Positions 9,744 to 20,665 of a DNA stretch of 64,000 bases are shown here, piece after piece. Position numbers and translations under genes: made by a program. The stretch is from Synechococcales cyanobacterium VAR_4_metabat_354. Lineage in GTDB: Bacteria > Cyanobacteriota > Cyanobacteriia > Cyanobacteriales > Chamaesiphonaceae. The stretch lies in assembly GCA_031414775.1 (NCBI GenBank), contig JANOQI010000062.1:1-64000 (forward strand), written 5' to 3'. Under the pieces are notes generated by a model. It worked only from the letters and a program-made list of their open reading frames with translations, did no database searches and was not told where the DNA came from. The stretch's first letter is position 1. The number at the start of each line of letters is the position of its first letter.

Positions 9744-10937
9744 ATGAAACTACTTTGTCTGAGCAATGGTCATGGCGAAGATGTCATTGCGGTCAGAATT
9801 TTAACAGAATTACAAAAGCAATCGCCACGGATAGAGCTGGTAGCATTGCCGATGGTGGGCGAGGGTAAAGCCTATCAGCGCTTAAACATTCCCATTGGGG
9901 GCATCGTGAAGTCCATGCCTTCAGGAGGCTTTGTCAATATGGATAATCAGCAGCTCTGGCGGGATGTCCAGGGCGGGCTAGTGCAGTTGACGATAGAACA
10001 GTGGCGGGCGGTGCGCCGTTGGGTCGCCACTGGGGGAAAGATTTTGGCTGTAGGTGATCTGGTACCATTGCTGTTTGCGTGGCAGAGTGGGGCAACTTAC
10101 GCATTTGTGGGGACGGCGAAATCTGAATATTATCTGCGTAGCCCTGATGGCCAACTGTTAGATGATCACAGCATTGAGTCCCGATTAGGCGGCGTATATT
10201 TTCCTTGGGAGCGCTGGCTCCTAAGTAGACCCAATTGCCAGGCCGTATTTCCGCGCGATCAAATTACTACCGAAGCCCTGAAAAAGTTCGGGATTCCGGC
10301 TTTCGATCTGGGAAATCCAATGATGGATGGGTTGGAAACGAATTGGAAACCAACCGATCAAACCGATCTCCGGCTAACACTAATTCCCGGATCGCGGCTG
10401 CCCGAAGCCTATCAAAATTGGGCGGTGATTTTACAGGGCTTGGATAGTTTGCTCGCTAGCAATTCAGGAAATACAACTATCGGCACGGTGGCCGCCATTA
10501 CACCATCTTTAGATATCACCGAGTTGGAGAAGCTATTACATCAATACCAATGGCAACCAAACACTGCTGGCTGGGTCAAGCAAAATTGCACGCTGAATTT
10601 GTGGATCGATCGATATAATGATTGTCTAGCTTATGGGCAAGTGGCGATCGCCATGGCCGGTACTGCCACCGAGCAGTTTGTCGGTTTGGGCAAACCCGCG
10701 ATTATTATGCCTGGTGCCGGACCACAGTTTACACCGCTGTTCGCAAAGCGCCAAACTTGCTTACTAGGAGAGTCGGTAATTTTGCCAGAAAGTCCTCAAT
10801 CACTAGGGCGAGTAGTACTAGAATTAATGGCTGATGTGGGGAGATTGAAGTGCATTCATGCTAATGGTTTGGCGCGGATGGGTCGGGCTGGCGCTGCAGC
10901 TAAAATTGCTGATTATTTGTTGAAAAATTGGTTTTGA
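9744..10937 (+). CDS. Lipid-A-disaccharide synthase-related protein
   Basis: LSNGHGED start, PSGGF, GNPMMD, PGSR, MAGTATEQ. Confidence 0.8.
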   Translation: MKLLCLSNGHGEDVIAVRILTELQKQSPRIELVALPMVGEGKAYQRLNIPIGGIVKSMPSGGFVNMDNQQLWRDVQGGLVQLTIEQWRAVRRWVATGGKILAVGDLVPLLFAWQSGATYAFVGTAKSEYYLRSPDGQLLDDHSIESRLGGVYFPWERWLLSRPNCQAVFPRDQITTEALKKFGIPAFDLGNPMMDGLETNWKPTDQTDLRLTLIPGSRLPEAYQNWAVILQGLDSLLASNSGNTTIGTVAAITPSLDITELEKLLHQYQWQPNTAGWVKQNCTLNLWIDRYNDCLAYGQVAIAMAGTATEQFVGLGKPAIIMPGAGPQFTPLFAKRQTCLLGESVILPESPQSLGRVVLELMADVGRLKCIHANGLARMGRAGAAAKIADYLLKNWF

Positions 10938-11058
10938 GATAGTTTCTAAGAGTCACCTGGGGTTCACCAAATTACCAGATAAATTAACAGCAATTTGAGC
11001 CAATATAAACAGTCACTATTTGGCTAGATGTAAATTATTGGTTTAGTAGCCATGCTGC

Positions 11059-11838
11059 CTAAGCACCCATCCCCGAATATTGTTTTAATCCCTGTTTCCA
11101 CAGCCAGCGATTCAACACCCAAAAGATTCCTGACCAGAGTCCGATTGCCAGCAATCCTTGGCCAATATTTACCGGCAGCCCCACCAAAATAGCTGCCGGA
11201 AAATAAATCATATAGGGAAAAGGAGTCCATTGAATGAAGGCTTGTAATGATGTAGGAAATAGTTCGATCGGAGCAATCATGCCTGATAAGAATAGATAAA
11301 ACAAAAACCAGAGTTGTTCGATCGCCATTGCCCGTTCTGTCCAAAAAGCGCAGAGGGCAAAAGTGTATTGAATCAAAAAGCGCAAGCCAAAAGCTAAAAT
11401 CACTACCAGCGAAAACTGTAAGACTTGAAGAATGCTGGGTAGCCACATCGCTTGGGGATAAAGTACGAAGCCCAACACCACCATCGCCACCAGGAATGGT
11501 AGCCGGGCCAGCCTTTCGCTAACGTGAGAAGTGAGATGATGCCAAGCTGGATCTAAGGGCTGTAACAACCGGGCAGAAAGCCGACCTTCGACCACTTCTC
11601 GCTCAAATTCATAAATCACCCACACCACACTCATTTGGCGCACAATAAACACTGCTAAAAAGTAGCGAATAAACTCGATAGCACTGAGTTCAAATTGTCC
11701 ATTGGCCGCTGCTTGGTTCCAAATGCCCATTAAAATAATCGGCAATGAACCAGCTAGTGCCCACAACAGTAGTTCGGCACGATATTCCAGCATGTAAGCA
11801 TACTGGGTAACGAGCAAGGTTTTGATGATGCGCCACAT
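11059..11838 (-). CDS. ABC-2 family transporter permease
   Basis: YMLEYRAE, GRLSARLLQP, multiple TM segments. Confidence 0.8.
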   Translation of the reverse strand: MWRIIKTLLVTQYAYMLEYRAELLLWALAGSLPIILMGIWNQAAANGQFELSAIEFIRYFLAVFIVRQMSVVWVIYEFEREVVEGRLSARLLQPLDPAWHHLTSHVSERLARLPFLVAMVVLGFVLYPQAMWLPSILQVLQFSLVVILAFGLRFLIQYTFALCAFWTERAMAIEQLWFLFYLFLSGMIAPIELFPTSLQAFIQWTPFPYMIYFPAAILVGLPVNIGQGLLAIGLWSGIFWVLNRWLWKQGLKQYSGMGA

Positions 11839-12031
11839 AATTTAAAGTTAGATATTATTTAGAAATTTTATGGGATGTTACACAAAATAGTATTCCTGAT
11901 TTGTTAGAAAAGATCGATATTTTCCTTGAGCAAGATGAAGCTTGATTGATTGCAATCGATTGTACTGATGGAAATTCTTTACTTTTGTAGGTAAACTTTC
12001 AGAATGTGGTTAAAATCCTGGAGTATTGAAC

Positions 12032-12433
12032 ATGCTAGAAATTCAAACTGAGACGCCGATATCTACATCTGAATTCAACGCGGTCGCCGCCACCGAATTA
12101 AGACCTTGGGGTTCGTTTACTGTCTTAGAAGAAGGCAAAGGCTATAAAATCAAACGTATTGAAGTTAAGCCCAATCACCGTTTGAGTCTCCAAATGCACC
12201 ACCATCGCAGTGAACACTGGATTGTTGTATCCGGGACAGCCAAAGTAACTTGTGATGGCGAAGAAAAAATCTTGTACAGCAACCAATCTACTTATGTGCC
12301 CCCTTGTACTAGTCATCGACTAGAAAATCCTGGGGTAATTCCGTTAATTATGATTGAAGTTCAAAACGGTGAATATTTGGGTGAAGATGATATTGTGCGC
12401 TTTGACGATGATTATGCGCGTACTTCCCTCTAA
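12032..12433 (+). CDS. Mannose-6-phosphate isomerase type II cupin domain protein
   Basis: RPWG, LSLQMHHHRSEHW, EVQNGEYLGEDDIVR. Confidence 0.9.
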   Translation: MLEIQTETPISTSEFNAVAATELRPWGSFTVLEEGKGYKIKRIEVKPNHRLSLQMHHHRSEHWIVVSGTAKVTCDGEEKILYSNQSTYVPPCTSHRLENPGVIPLIMIEVQNGEYLGEDDIVRFDDDYARTSL

Positions 12434-12505
12434 AACATATCAATAAAATGCATATGCCCGACGCTCTACTAGGGTAGAGCGCAGCGCTGCAACAGTAGAG
12501 GTTAG

Positions 12506-13345
12506 CTAGACAGGAGACCTGGTGAGTAGGATAGGGCAAGGGGCATGAACCCTTACGTAGTCTGAAACTGAATTACCCAATAGTCGATCAAGATCTGGAA
12601 GCGTTCTAGCGATCGATGGCCGCCGATCTGGCGAACCTAATAGCAAAAGATCGGCGCTGTACTCATTAGCCAGTGCACAAATCCCCTTGCCCGGATTGCC
12701 ACCAGCGACCACACATTTATAGTCCACCTGCATTTTTTTAGCAGCGGCAATCGCTGGCATCAACACTGGATCTTTCTCCGGTACCATCTCATTAGCTGAT
12801 TTCTGGGTCGCCGCAATTCTGGCCAGAATCAATTGACTACCTTTGACATCCCGCAGTATTGATAGAGCCATCTGAAGTGAAGCTTTCGCTGATATCGAGT
12901 CGTCATAGGCTACCATCACCCGGTTAATATGCTTAATGTAAGCATCATCCTTCACCAGCAACATGGGACAAGAGGCCAGTTGAAAGACATATTGACTAAC
13001 TGAGTTAGACAATATGGACTCTAGCCGCGACATTCCCCGGGAACCGATAATCAACAGATCAGCCTGTTCATCGATCGCCACCTGACAAACTGTATCCTTC
13101 GGTTCGCCTTGCACTAACAAGGGCTTGAGTTTAGCCGGCGGCAAATTGAGGCTGGCAATTGCTTGCGCCAAAATTTTGCCACCTTTTTCCAGTTTTTCGG
13201 CCATTAGCTCGGAAGTGATTTGGGGCGGCACCACATGCAGCACTGTAATCTTGGCCTGTTGCATCACCGGAACTTCGAGCAACATTTTGAGCATTTGCTC
13301 ACACAAACCCAATCCGGCAACGGTGATGACAATCTTTTCAATCAT
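12506..13345 (-). CDS. Universal stress protein (tandem USP domains)
   Basis: Two USP repeats: GSRG..SVSQYV and GS..SVSDYV. Confidence 0.9.
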   Translation of the reverse strand: MIEKIVITVAGLGLCEQMLKMLLEVPVMQQAKITVLHVVPPQITSELMAEKLEKGGKILAQAIASLNLPPAKLKPLLVQGEPKDTVCQVAIDEQADLLIIGSRGMSRLESILSNSVSQYVFQLASCPMLLVKDDAYIKHINRVMVAYDDSISAKASLQMALSILRDVKGSQLILARIAATQKSANEMVPEKDPVLMPAIAAAKKMQVDYKCVVAGGNPGKGICALANEYSADLLLLGSPDRRPSIARTLPDLDRLLGNSVSDYVRVHAPCPILLTRSPV

Positions 13346-13437
13346 GTTGGTGCTTCCTCTACTGAAATGCTTGGCCTTGATCTTTCAGCATAGTTGCTAG
13401 ACCGAGGCTTCAAACAGCAGAATGCAACATTATTTAA

Positions 13438-14109
13438 CTATTTTGGTTGGCTTGGTAACGTTGGGATAGATTTTGGTTGAATTGGTGGCGATTGGCTCGA
13501 TTGCGTTGGAATGGATTGCGGTTGTTCCTGGGGAACTGGCTGCGGGACAACAGGAGCTATATTTTTGGGAGCTGGCAACAGGTAGAAAACCAAAGCCGTA
13601 GCCGCCAAACCAGTGAGACCCAGGCCAATCGGAGCCGCTTGACTAGTCAACTGATTGTTACTGCCTTTTGGTGTGGGACGGAGCGCCACCACTAAGTCTG
13701 GCAATGTCATACTATCGGCTAAAAACTGATCGATCGCCTCGGCTAAGTCAAATAGTTGCACCGTGCTCAATTCCCAGACGGTGGTGTTGCCATCATTCTT
13801 ACTAATCAGACGATGCTGGTGTTCTAAATTACCTTTTTCGAGACGAATTAAGCCCCCATCTTCGACTAAATGAGGATGAGTAAAGCTACTCAAAAATCTT
13901 TGGGTATAATTACTCACCGTAGAAATCAGCTGTTTGAGAAATTCCAGGCCCCCATTAATAGTCTGCTCTTGGCCAACCAAGTAACATTCCGCATTAACTA
14001 AAGTAGACATCAAGGGGCGAGTGCTGGCATTAGAAGCCGGATTGAAGTCACCCAATCCATTCAAAACCAGTGAGCAATTAGGTAGGCTGTACTGTCTTCT
14101 GATTGTCAT
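13438..14109 (-). CDS. DUF4335-like cyanobacterial protein
   Basis: RQYSLPNCSL start, LSTVQLFDL, TM segment and Pro-rich tail. Confidence 0.7.
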   Translation of the reverse strand: MTIRRQYSLPNCSLVLNGLGDFNPASNASTRPLMSTLVNAECYLVGQEQTINGGLEFLKQLISTVSNYTQRFLSSFTHPHLVEDGGLIRLEKGNLEHQHRLISKNDGNTTVWELSTVQLFDLAEAIDQFLADSMTLPDLVVALRPTPKGSNNQLTSQAAPIGLGLTGLAATALVFYLLPAPKNIAPVVPQPVPQEQPQSIPTQSSQSPPIQPKSIPTLPSQPK

Positions 14110-14726
14110 TACTTCAACTCTCCATCAAACAAACTAATCCAAAATCTTTGCATCCCCGCCGTGCCAGTACAAAATAGCAGCTTACCGAGCAGATCAATGC
14201 CTAGTTCGTTGAGTTTTTCATCATCGGCATAAGCAATCACCAGAGAACGACGCGGATTCATCCGACTGCGAAAATGCGCCCTGAATAAATCCAAATATTC
14301 TGATAGCCGAAAATTACATTCTGGGGGCAAGCACTTATCACTGAGCTGTTGATGCTCTAAGAGCAATTGCCGAATATTGACGGTTAAACGCCGGGCTAAC
14401 TGGCAACCGACAATGACCATCGCCTTCGCTTCGTTGATAGTTAAAATCTGGCGGCTGTGTGCTCGCCGCAGTGGGTTCGTTGCTCGCAGCCGCCATAGAA
14501 CTGTGCGGTTTTTAATGATGCCGCCCAGTTCTAGATCTCTGGCCATATCGAGCATTTGCTCAGCACCACCTAGCTCCAGAGCTTCTAAGGCCAACAACAA
14601 CAAATCAATTTCTAGCTTGGCGCGACGCGGACAACCCGTGGTCTCTAGTGGAATGTCCGGGAGATTGTTTAAGATAAACGGATTCAGATTGGTGGAAACG
14701 GGAACAATGGCAACGGTAGAATTCAT
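14109..14726 (-). CDS. DUF3038-like cyanobacterial protein
   Basis: [36 protein letters not shown]. Confidence 0.75.
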   Translation of the reverse strand: MNSTVAIVPVSTNLNPFILNNLPDIPLETTGCPRRAKLEIDLLLLALEALELGGAEQMLDMARDLELGGIIKNRTVLWRLRATNPLRRAHSRQILTINEAKAMVIVGCQLARRLTVNIRQLLLEHQQLSDKCLPPECNFRLSEYLDLFRAHFRSRMNPRRSLVIAYADDEKLNELGIDLLGKLLFCTGTAGMQRFWISLFDGELK

Positions 14727-14876
14727 AGGTGGCAGCGAAGCTGGCAGAAACACAGAAAACTTCTAATATATCTTAGGATACCCGACTTGTTGGTCGAGCT
14801 TTTGTGCCTAACAAAAATTCCTGCGGCAAGATTGTGGCAATATGTTCTTTCAACCAGTCATTTCAATTGCTCAGTA

Positions 14877-15389
14877 ATGGATATTAAAGCCTTAATTCGC
14901 GATATTCCAGATTTTCCTTTACCAGGTATTTTGTTTCGAGATATTACTACGCTCCTGCGTGATGCCGATGGTCTGCGTAGTTTAGTAGATATTTTGAGCC
15001 TTAAATGTGCCGAGCTAAAGCCTGATTATATTGTGGGCATCGAGTCACGGGGGTTTATTATTGGCACGCCCTTGGCTTATCAGTTGGGTTTAGGTTTTGT
15101 GCCGGTGCGGAAGCCCAAGAAGTTGCCCGCCGCTGTGCATAGTGTTGATTATGAACTGGAGTACGGGATCGATCGATTAGAAATTCATCAAGATGCTTTG
15201 CCGCCCGGTAGCCGCGTGCTGATTGTGGATGATCTGATTGCCACTGGGGGCACAGCTGCCGCTACCGGGGAGTTGATCAATAAAATTGACTGCCAGCTGG
15301 TGGGATTTGCCTTTGCGATCGAACTCAAAGATCTGGATGGCCGTGCTAAGTTACCAAATGTACCGATCGTGACCGTCGTAGAATATTAA
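14877..15389 (+). CDS. apt: Adenine phosphoribosyltransferase
   Basis: [29 protein letters not shown]. Confidence 0.95.
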   Translation: MDIKALIRDIPDFPLPGILFRDITTLLRDADGLRSLVDILSLKCAELKPDYIVGIESRGFIIGTPLAYQLGLGFVPVRKPKKLPAAVHSVDYELEYGIDRLEIHQDALPPGSRVLIVDDLIATGGTAAATGELINKIDCQLVGFAFAIELKDLDGRAKLPNVPIVTVVEY

Positions 15390-15414
15390 TGGCTACCTAT
15401 AACCAAGTTGTATC

Positions 15415-16476
15415 ATGTCTTCTGTGGCTCCACTAGCTCGTAAACCTCTACTGTGGCTACGTCAGCTCCAGTACAATGAAACTTTTTTATATATCCTCAA
15501 ACGTCTTTTCCAAGCAGCACTGACCTTGCTATTGGCCTCAATGTTGAGTTTTTTGATTGTCCAGTTGTCTCCTGGCAATCCCCTTGATGCCTTTCGGCAA
15601 GATCCCAAAATTTCGGCGAAACGACTGAAAGAACTCACTGAAGAATTTGGCCTCAGTGATAAAAAAGACCTGCGCACCGCCATTACGCAATATTTGAAGT
15701 GGCTGGGTCAGGTGGTTTTTCGTGGTAACTTCGGTCGTAGTATTCTGTTTGGTCGCCCGGTATCCGAGTTAATTGGCCAGCGTCTCAGCGCGACTTTGGA
15801 GTTAGCCATAACTTCAACTATCTTTACTTGGCTAATCGCTATTCCCTTAGGAGTAGTCGGTGCTGTCCATCAGAATAAAGCGATCGATCGGTTTTTGCGG
15901 GTCATCAGCTATATTGGCCAAGGCGTACCCAGTTTTGTGATTGCATTACTATTGGTGATCTTGGCTCAATATCTATCACCTTTCTTACCTGTCGGCGGGC
16001 GTACCAGTATTTACCATGACGATATGTCTTGGCTTGGTCAACAGCTCGATGTTGGCTGGCACCTAATTTTACCGACGATCGCCCTGAGCATTACCAGTTT
16101 TGCTGGCTTACAGCGCATTGCCAGAGGCGAAATGCTCGATGTCTTACGCCAAGATTATATCCAGACAGCCCGCGCCAAAGGCTTGCCCGAGAATCGGGTG
16201 ATTTATGTCCATGCTCTACGCAACGCCATCAATCCGCTGATTACCTTGCTGGGGTTTGAATTTGCCAGTTTATTAAGCGGGGCATTTATTGCCGAATTTT
16301 TCTTTAACTGGCCAGGTCTAGGGCAATTGATTCTCAAAGCAGTGACCGCCAAAGATATTTATTTGGTAATGGCCAGCTTGATGATGGGAGCAGTAATGTT
16401 AATTGTGGGTAATTTACTAGCAGATTTATTGCTCAAAGCTGTTGATCCACGCATTAAATTAAGCGATTTAAAGTAA
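15415..16476 (+). CDS. Oligopeptide/dipeptide ABC permease (OppB/DppB family)
   Basis: TARAKGL EAA loop, FNWPGLG, DPRI end. Confidence 0.9.
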   Translation: MSSVAPLARKPLLWLRQLQYNETFLYILKRLFQAALTLLLASMLSFLIVQLSPGNPLDAFRQDPKISAKRLKELTEEFGLSDKKDLRTAITQYLKWLGQVVFRGNFGRSILFGRPVSELIGQRLSATLELAITSTIFTWLIAIPLGVVGAVHQNKAIDRFLRVISYIGQGVPSFVIALLLVILAQYLSPFLPVGGRTSIYHDDMSWLGQQLDVGWHLILPTIALSITSFAGLQRIARGEMLDVLRQDYIQTARAKGLPENRVIYVHALRNAINPLITLLGFEFASLLSGAFIAEFFFNWPGLGQLILKAVTAKDIYLVMASLMMGAVMLIVGNLLADLLLKAVDPRIKLSDLK

Positions 16477-16616
16477 TAAATCCAAGTGATTCTCAGCCAT
16501 AAGTAGGATGTTGTAAAGTTTTATATCATCCTGCTGATACAATCCCGCAAAGACTAGATTTTGGGTATTGCCCCATCTAACTCAGTCTAAAAAGTGTAAA
16601 TTTGAGGGGAGTCTTA

Positions 16617-17366
16617 ATGTATCGTCGGAAGTTTTTACAGACATTGGGTATGGGTGCCGCAGGTTTGTCGGTCGGTAGCTCCATTCCTTTCAACAAGTCA
16701 GCAGCGGCTGATACTCCAGCAAAAGAAGATCTTCAAGCAAAACTAGAAAAGGGTGAATTTACATTACCTCCACTAACTTACGCTTACAAAGCTCTAGAAC
16801 CACATATTGATGCTCGAACCATGCGTTTACATCATGATAAGCATCATGCTGGCTACATCAAAAATCTCAATGCCGCTGTGGCCAAATATCCCAACCTCCA
16901 AGGTAAATCAGTGGAATATTTGGTAGAAAACCTGAGGAAGCTCCCCGCCGATATTCAAAAGGCCGTCAAAAATAATGGTGGTGGTCATATTAACCACACC
17001 ATGTATTGGAAAATCATGGAACCCAATGGTGAAAAGAAACCAACGGGCAAACTGGCGGCAGCGATCGATAGCAGTTTTGGTAGTTTCGATAAGTTTAAAA
17101 CCCAGTTTGAAGCAGCTGGTACCAAACACTTTGGCAGTGGTTGGGTCTGGCTAGCCTTGAAAAATAGCAAACTCCAGATCGTCACGACTCCCAATCAAGA
17201 TAGCCCCTTAATGTCTGGGATGCTGCCAGTGCTGGGGAATGACCTGTGGGAACATGCTTACTACTTAACTTACCAAAACAAACGGCCAGATTACCTGAAG
17301 GCTTGGTGGAATGTGGTGAACTGGACGGAGGTGAGCAAGCGTTATGATAAGTTCCTAACAACTTAA
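16617..17366 (+). CDS. sodA: Superoxide dismutase, Mn-type, with Tat signal
   Basis: RRKFL signal, HHDKHH, NNGGGH (Mn-type), DLWEHAYY. Confidence 0.88.
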   Translation: MYRRKFLQTLGMGAAGLSVGSSIPFNKSAAADTPAKEDLQAKLEKGEFTLPPLTYAYKALEPHIDARTMRLHHDKHHAGYIKNLNAAVAKYPNLQGKSVEYLVENLRKLPADIQKAVKNNGGGHINHTMYWKIMEPNGEKKPTGKLAAAIDSSFGSFDKFKTQFEAAGTKHFGSGWVWLALKNSKLQIVTTPNQDSPLMSGMLPVLGNDLWEHAYYLTYQNKRPDYLKAWWNVVNWTEVSKRYDKFLTT

Positions 17367-17386
17367 GTAAACATAATGGCAATTCA

Positions 17387-18232
17387 ATGAAAATTCATCT
17401 GGGCTGTGCAGTCTGGTCATTTCCTGGTTGGACAGGGGATCTTTATCCAGCCGGGACTAGGTCGAAAGACTACCTCAGCCTCTACAGTAAATACTTTCCG
17501 GCTGTCGAAGGAAATACTACCTTTTATGCCGTGCCTCCGATCAAAACTCTAGAGAAGTGGCAAGCTGAAACCCCGGATGACTTTCGCTTTTGCCTGAAAC
17601 TGCCGCGAGATTTTACTCATAGTGGTCTGCTGGTCCCTCAATTACCAAAAGCGATCGACTTTCTGGAACTAGTCGATGAATTTTTGGTAGAGAAGCTGGG
17701 CATGGTGTTCGTGCAGTTGCCGCCGGGCTATCAGCCCAAAAAGATGCCAGATTTGAGCAAGTTCTGGACTAACTTGGTGAAAGTGGGCGTACCCTTGACA
17801 CTGGAAGTCCGAAATTTGGAATGGTTTCAACCCGCAGCTAGTGCTGAGTTACAGAAAATGCTCGCAGGTTTGGGCATCAACCAGGTAACTCTGGATACCC
17901 AGGCTATTTATCAGACAGCCGCCGATGCGGAGCTGCCCTTTATTTGTAAAAAACCCCAGGTACCGCTGCTTACTACACCCACTAGCATGATTCGCTATAT
18001 CTCTCATCCTCGCCAGGAAGTTAACGAGCCATTTCTGAGGGCTTGGGCAGACCGGTTAAAGGAATGGCCAGCTGACATGGATACTTACTTTTTCGTGCAT
18101 TGTCCGATCGAAGAGCACTCACCCAGCAATGCCCGTTATGTGCGGCAGATCTTTCAAGAACAGGGTTTAGCAGTACATGATTTGCCTTGGCAAACCCCGG
18201 AGACGGAGCAGTTGGGCTTGAATTTGGGATAG
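17387..18232 (+). CDS. DUF72 family protein
   Basis: GCAVW, VEGNTTFYA, QLPP motifs. Confidence 0.85.
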   Translation: MKIHLGCAVWSFPGWTGDLYPAGTRSKDYLSLYSKYFPAVEGNTTFYAVPPIKTLEKWQAETPDDFRFCLKLPRDFTHSGLLVPQLPKAIDFLELVDEFLVEKLGMVFVQLPPGYQPKKMPDLSKFWTNLVKVGVPLTLEVRNLEWFQPAASAELQKMLAGLGINQVTLDTQAIYQTAADAELPFICKKPQVPLLTTPTSMIRYISHPRQEVNEPFLRAWADRLKEWPADMDTYFFVHCPIEEHSPSNARYVRQIFQEQGLAVHDLPWQTPETEQLGLNLG

Positions 18233-18262
18233 GCTATGATCAAATTTTAAGGTGCAAAGAAA

Positions 18263-19231
18263 ATGGCCAAATTTAAATTCACAGTCGGGGCAGAATTCAA
18301 ACACTTTGGTCGCTGTGATTCTTCGGGTTCCTTAGCGATCGATCATCAACATTTTGTGGTGGCCGACGATGAGCAAAATGTCATTAGTATCTATCGATCG
18401 AACACCGATGGTTCCCCCGTCCAAGTCTTTGATATCAATGATTACTTCCTGCCCAACGATGGCAAGGAAGTGGATATAGAAGGCTCCACCTCCTTAAACG
18501 GCCTGATTTTTTGGATTACTTCCCATGGCGCTAATCGCCAAGGGGCAGCCCGCCCCAAACGCCACCAGTTTTTTGCTACCAAGTTCAGCCCAGAGTTGGG
18601 GCAGCTAAAGCAAGTTGGCCATTCTTATACCCAGCTTGTGGCTGATCTGATCGTCGATGAGCGCTTGCAAAAATACGACTGGCAAGCAGCGGCTCAAACT
18701 GCACCAAAAGAGCTAGGTGGTCTCAATATTGAGGCGTTAGCTACCACCCCTAAACAGGAAATGCTGATTGGTTTTCGCAATCCGATCCCGAATGGTCAGG
18801 CGATCGTCCTGAAACTCAAAAATCCCCAAGATTTGGTGCTAGATCCCTCTGCCCGCGCCAAATTTGGGAAGCCGATCGAACTAAATCTAGGCGGCTTGGG
18901 TTTACGCAGTATGGAGTATTGGCCACAGCTGCAACAGTATCTAATCGTCGCTGGTTCCTTTGATGGTAGCGACAACTTTGCCCTGTATCTGTGGTCTGGT
19001 GATCGGGGTAGCTCGCCACAGCTTCTAGATGTAACCTTACCAACCGATTTTCGGCCAGAGGGAATTGTATTGTATCCGGACGATCCGGTAACATCTCTAC
19101 ATGAATATCGAGTGCAATTAATCAGCGATGATGGTGCCGCCATCAGAGATGGTCAGACAGCTTGCAAAAATTTACAAAGTTCAGAACATAAATATTTTCG
19201 TAGTCTGTGGCTAACAGGGAGCGGTTTTTGA
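18263..19231 (+). CDS. DUF3616-like beta-propeller protein
   Basis: VADDE, DIEG, TSHG, LNIEAL..GFRNP, SDDG. Confidence 0.7.
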   Translation: MAKFKFTVGAEFKHFGRCDSSGSLAIDHQHFVVADDEQNVISIYRSNTDGSPVQVFDINDYFLPNDGKEVDIEGSTSLNGLIFWITSHGANRQGAARPKRHQFFATKFSPELGQLKQVGHSYTQLVADLIVDERLQKYDWQAAAQTAPKELGGLNIEALATTPKQEMLIGFRNPIPNGQAIVLKLKNPQDLVLDPSARAKFGKPIELNLGGLGLRSMEYWPQLQQYLIVAGSFDGSDNFALYLWSGDRGSSPQLLDVTLPTDFRPEGIVLYPDDPVTSLHEYRVQLISDDGAAIRDGQTACKNLQSSEHKYFRSLWLTGSGF

Positions 19232-19385
19232 TGAATCATTATCAATCAAAATGTCGAGTCAAAAGTACCGATGGCATTGGCGGTACCAATTCTCCGATCG
19301 ACGGACGAGGCACTTCACCCAAAAGAGTCTAGAATAACCATAAAGTAGCTACTTAAAATTTTAAAAACAGTCACGAGTCTCTGCA

Positions 19386-20585
19386 ATGTCTACTACCGAT
19401 CGGAAAAACCTTTTACCACACTTACAGCAAGCTCTCAGCATGTTGGAATTGAACCCAGAAAATGAGCTGGGCAGGTACCGGCGGTATAAAAAAGGTGAAT
19501 TGGATGCAGTCAAAACCTTTGAATCGGCAGAGTTGATTGAAAGACCCGGGGGCATGGGTCCTTTGAACAGAGCTTTTACTACTGCGGGGATGGTAAATAT
19601 GACCGACGAAGAGGAAGAAGATTATGAAGTGATTCCGCCGTCTCAGTCTTTTGTTGTCTACGGGAAAGAAGCCAGCGAGCCATCTAATTCCATCCAGTCT
19701 ACCCCTTTAGATAATGAAATACCCGCTGGGGAGATGGTGCTCAGGAGTCCAGCGCCAGTAAGTGACAATCTGAATTTGAGCTTAAGGACACCGGGGTCAA
19801 TCACACCTCGCGATGAATATTCATCAGCTTCACAGGATCTCATCCGCAGTTTTGGTTCAACGCCCGCACTCACCAAGATACAAATTCCTAAATGGAAAAT
19901 GCCGCTGGCGATCGGGTCTTCGCTGGTGGCGATCGCCGCCGTCGGTGGCATGTCTTATGTCAACATGCATCCAGCATTGCTCAAAAATGTGCCCGTAATT
20001 GCACAGCTAACCACCACACCAGTGTTGCCGGTCGTACCCCCAGGTGAAGTTCTCCAGGGGCCGGATCTGGCGATGGGCGAATTCAGCGACCTGAGTTTGA
20101 GCAACATTAATAGTCTGACTGTCCCTGGCACGGAGATTGCCAAAACGGCGAACCAAAATTCCCCTACAACTATTGCTCCGAATTCTTCACCAGCCATCGG
20201 AGCCGCACTGCCCCAGCCAGCCTTGGCCGCTCCCAGCGTCGCAACCGCCGCCCCGACTAGTCGTCTAGCCGATGGCTTAATTCGCAATCTTTTACCGCCT
20301 AGCATTCAACAACTGTCTAGTCAGCAGTCGCCAGCAGTAAACCCAATGGCGGATCAATTTTATTACCAGCCCCCCACTGCGACAGCATCTCCGACCAATA
20401 GTTATGCGGTGTTTGCCAAGTCTGTGAGTCCCCGCAGTTTGGCCAAAATTCAGTCTTTGGTACCCCAGGCTACAATGCAAGGCGATCGAGTATTTTTGGG
20501 CAATTTTGCAAACCAGGCAGCAGCTTCTGGAGTAATGAAACGAATGCAAGAACAGGGTATCAAAGCTTGGTTGGTGCAGCCTTAG
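19386..20585 (+). CDS. Single-TM protein with C-terminal SPOR-like domain
   Basis: Central hydrophobic helix, low-complexity linker, C-terminal VFLGNF..A..MQEQGIKA. Confidence 0.5.
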   Translation: MSTTDRKNLLPHLQQALSMLELNPENELGRYRRYKKGELDAVKTFESAELIERPGGMGPLNRAFTTAGMVNMTDEEEEDYEVIPPSQSFVVYGKEASEPSNSIQSTPLDNEIPAGEMVLRSPAPVSDNLNLSLRTPGSITPRDEYSSASQDLIRSFGSTPALTKIQIPKWKMPLAIGSSLVAIAAVGGMSYVNMHPALLKNVPVIAQLTTTPVLPVVPPGEVLQGPDLAMGEFSDLSLSNINSLTVPGTEIAKTANQNSPTTIAPNSSPAIGAALPQPALAAPSVATAAPTSRLADGLIRNLLPPSIQQLSSQQSPAVNPMADQFYYQPPTATASPTNSYAVFAKSVSPRSLAKIQSLVPQATMQGDRVFLGNFANQAAASGVMKRMQEQGIKAWLVQP

Positions 20586-20665
20586 CAGTAATGAAAAGGT
20601 AGAGACCGATTGTCTCAACATCATATCTAGCCTATGATGGGGTGGTTCCTGTCAATCGCAAACCA

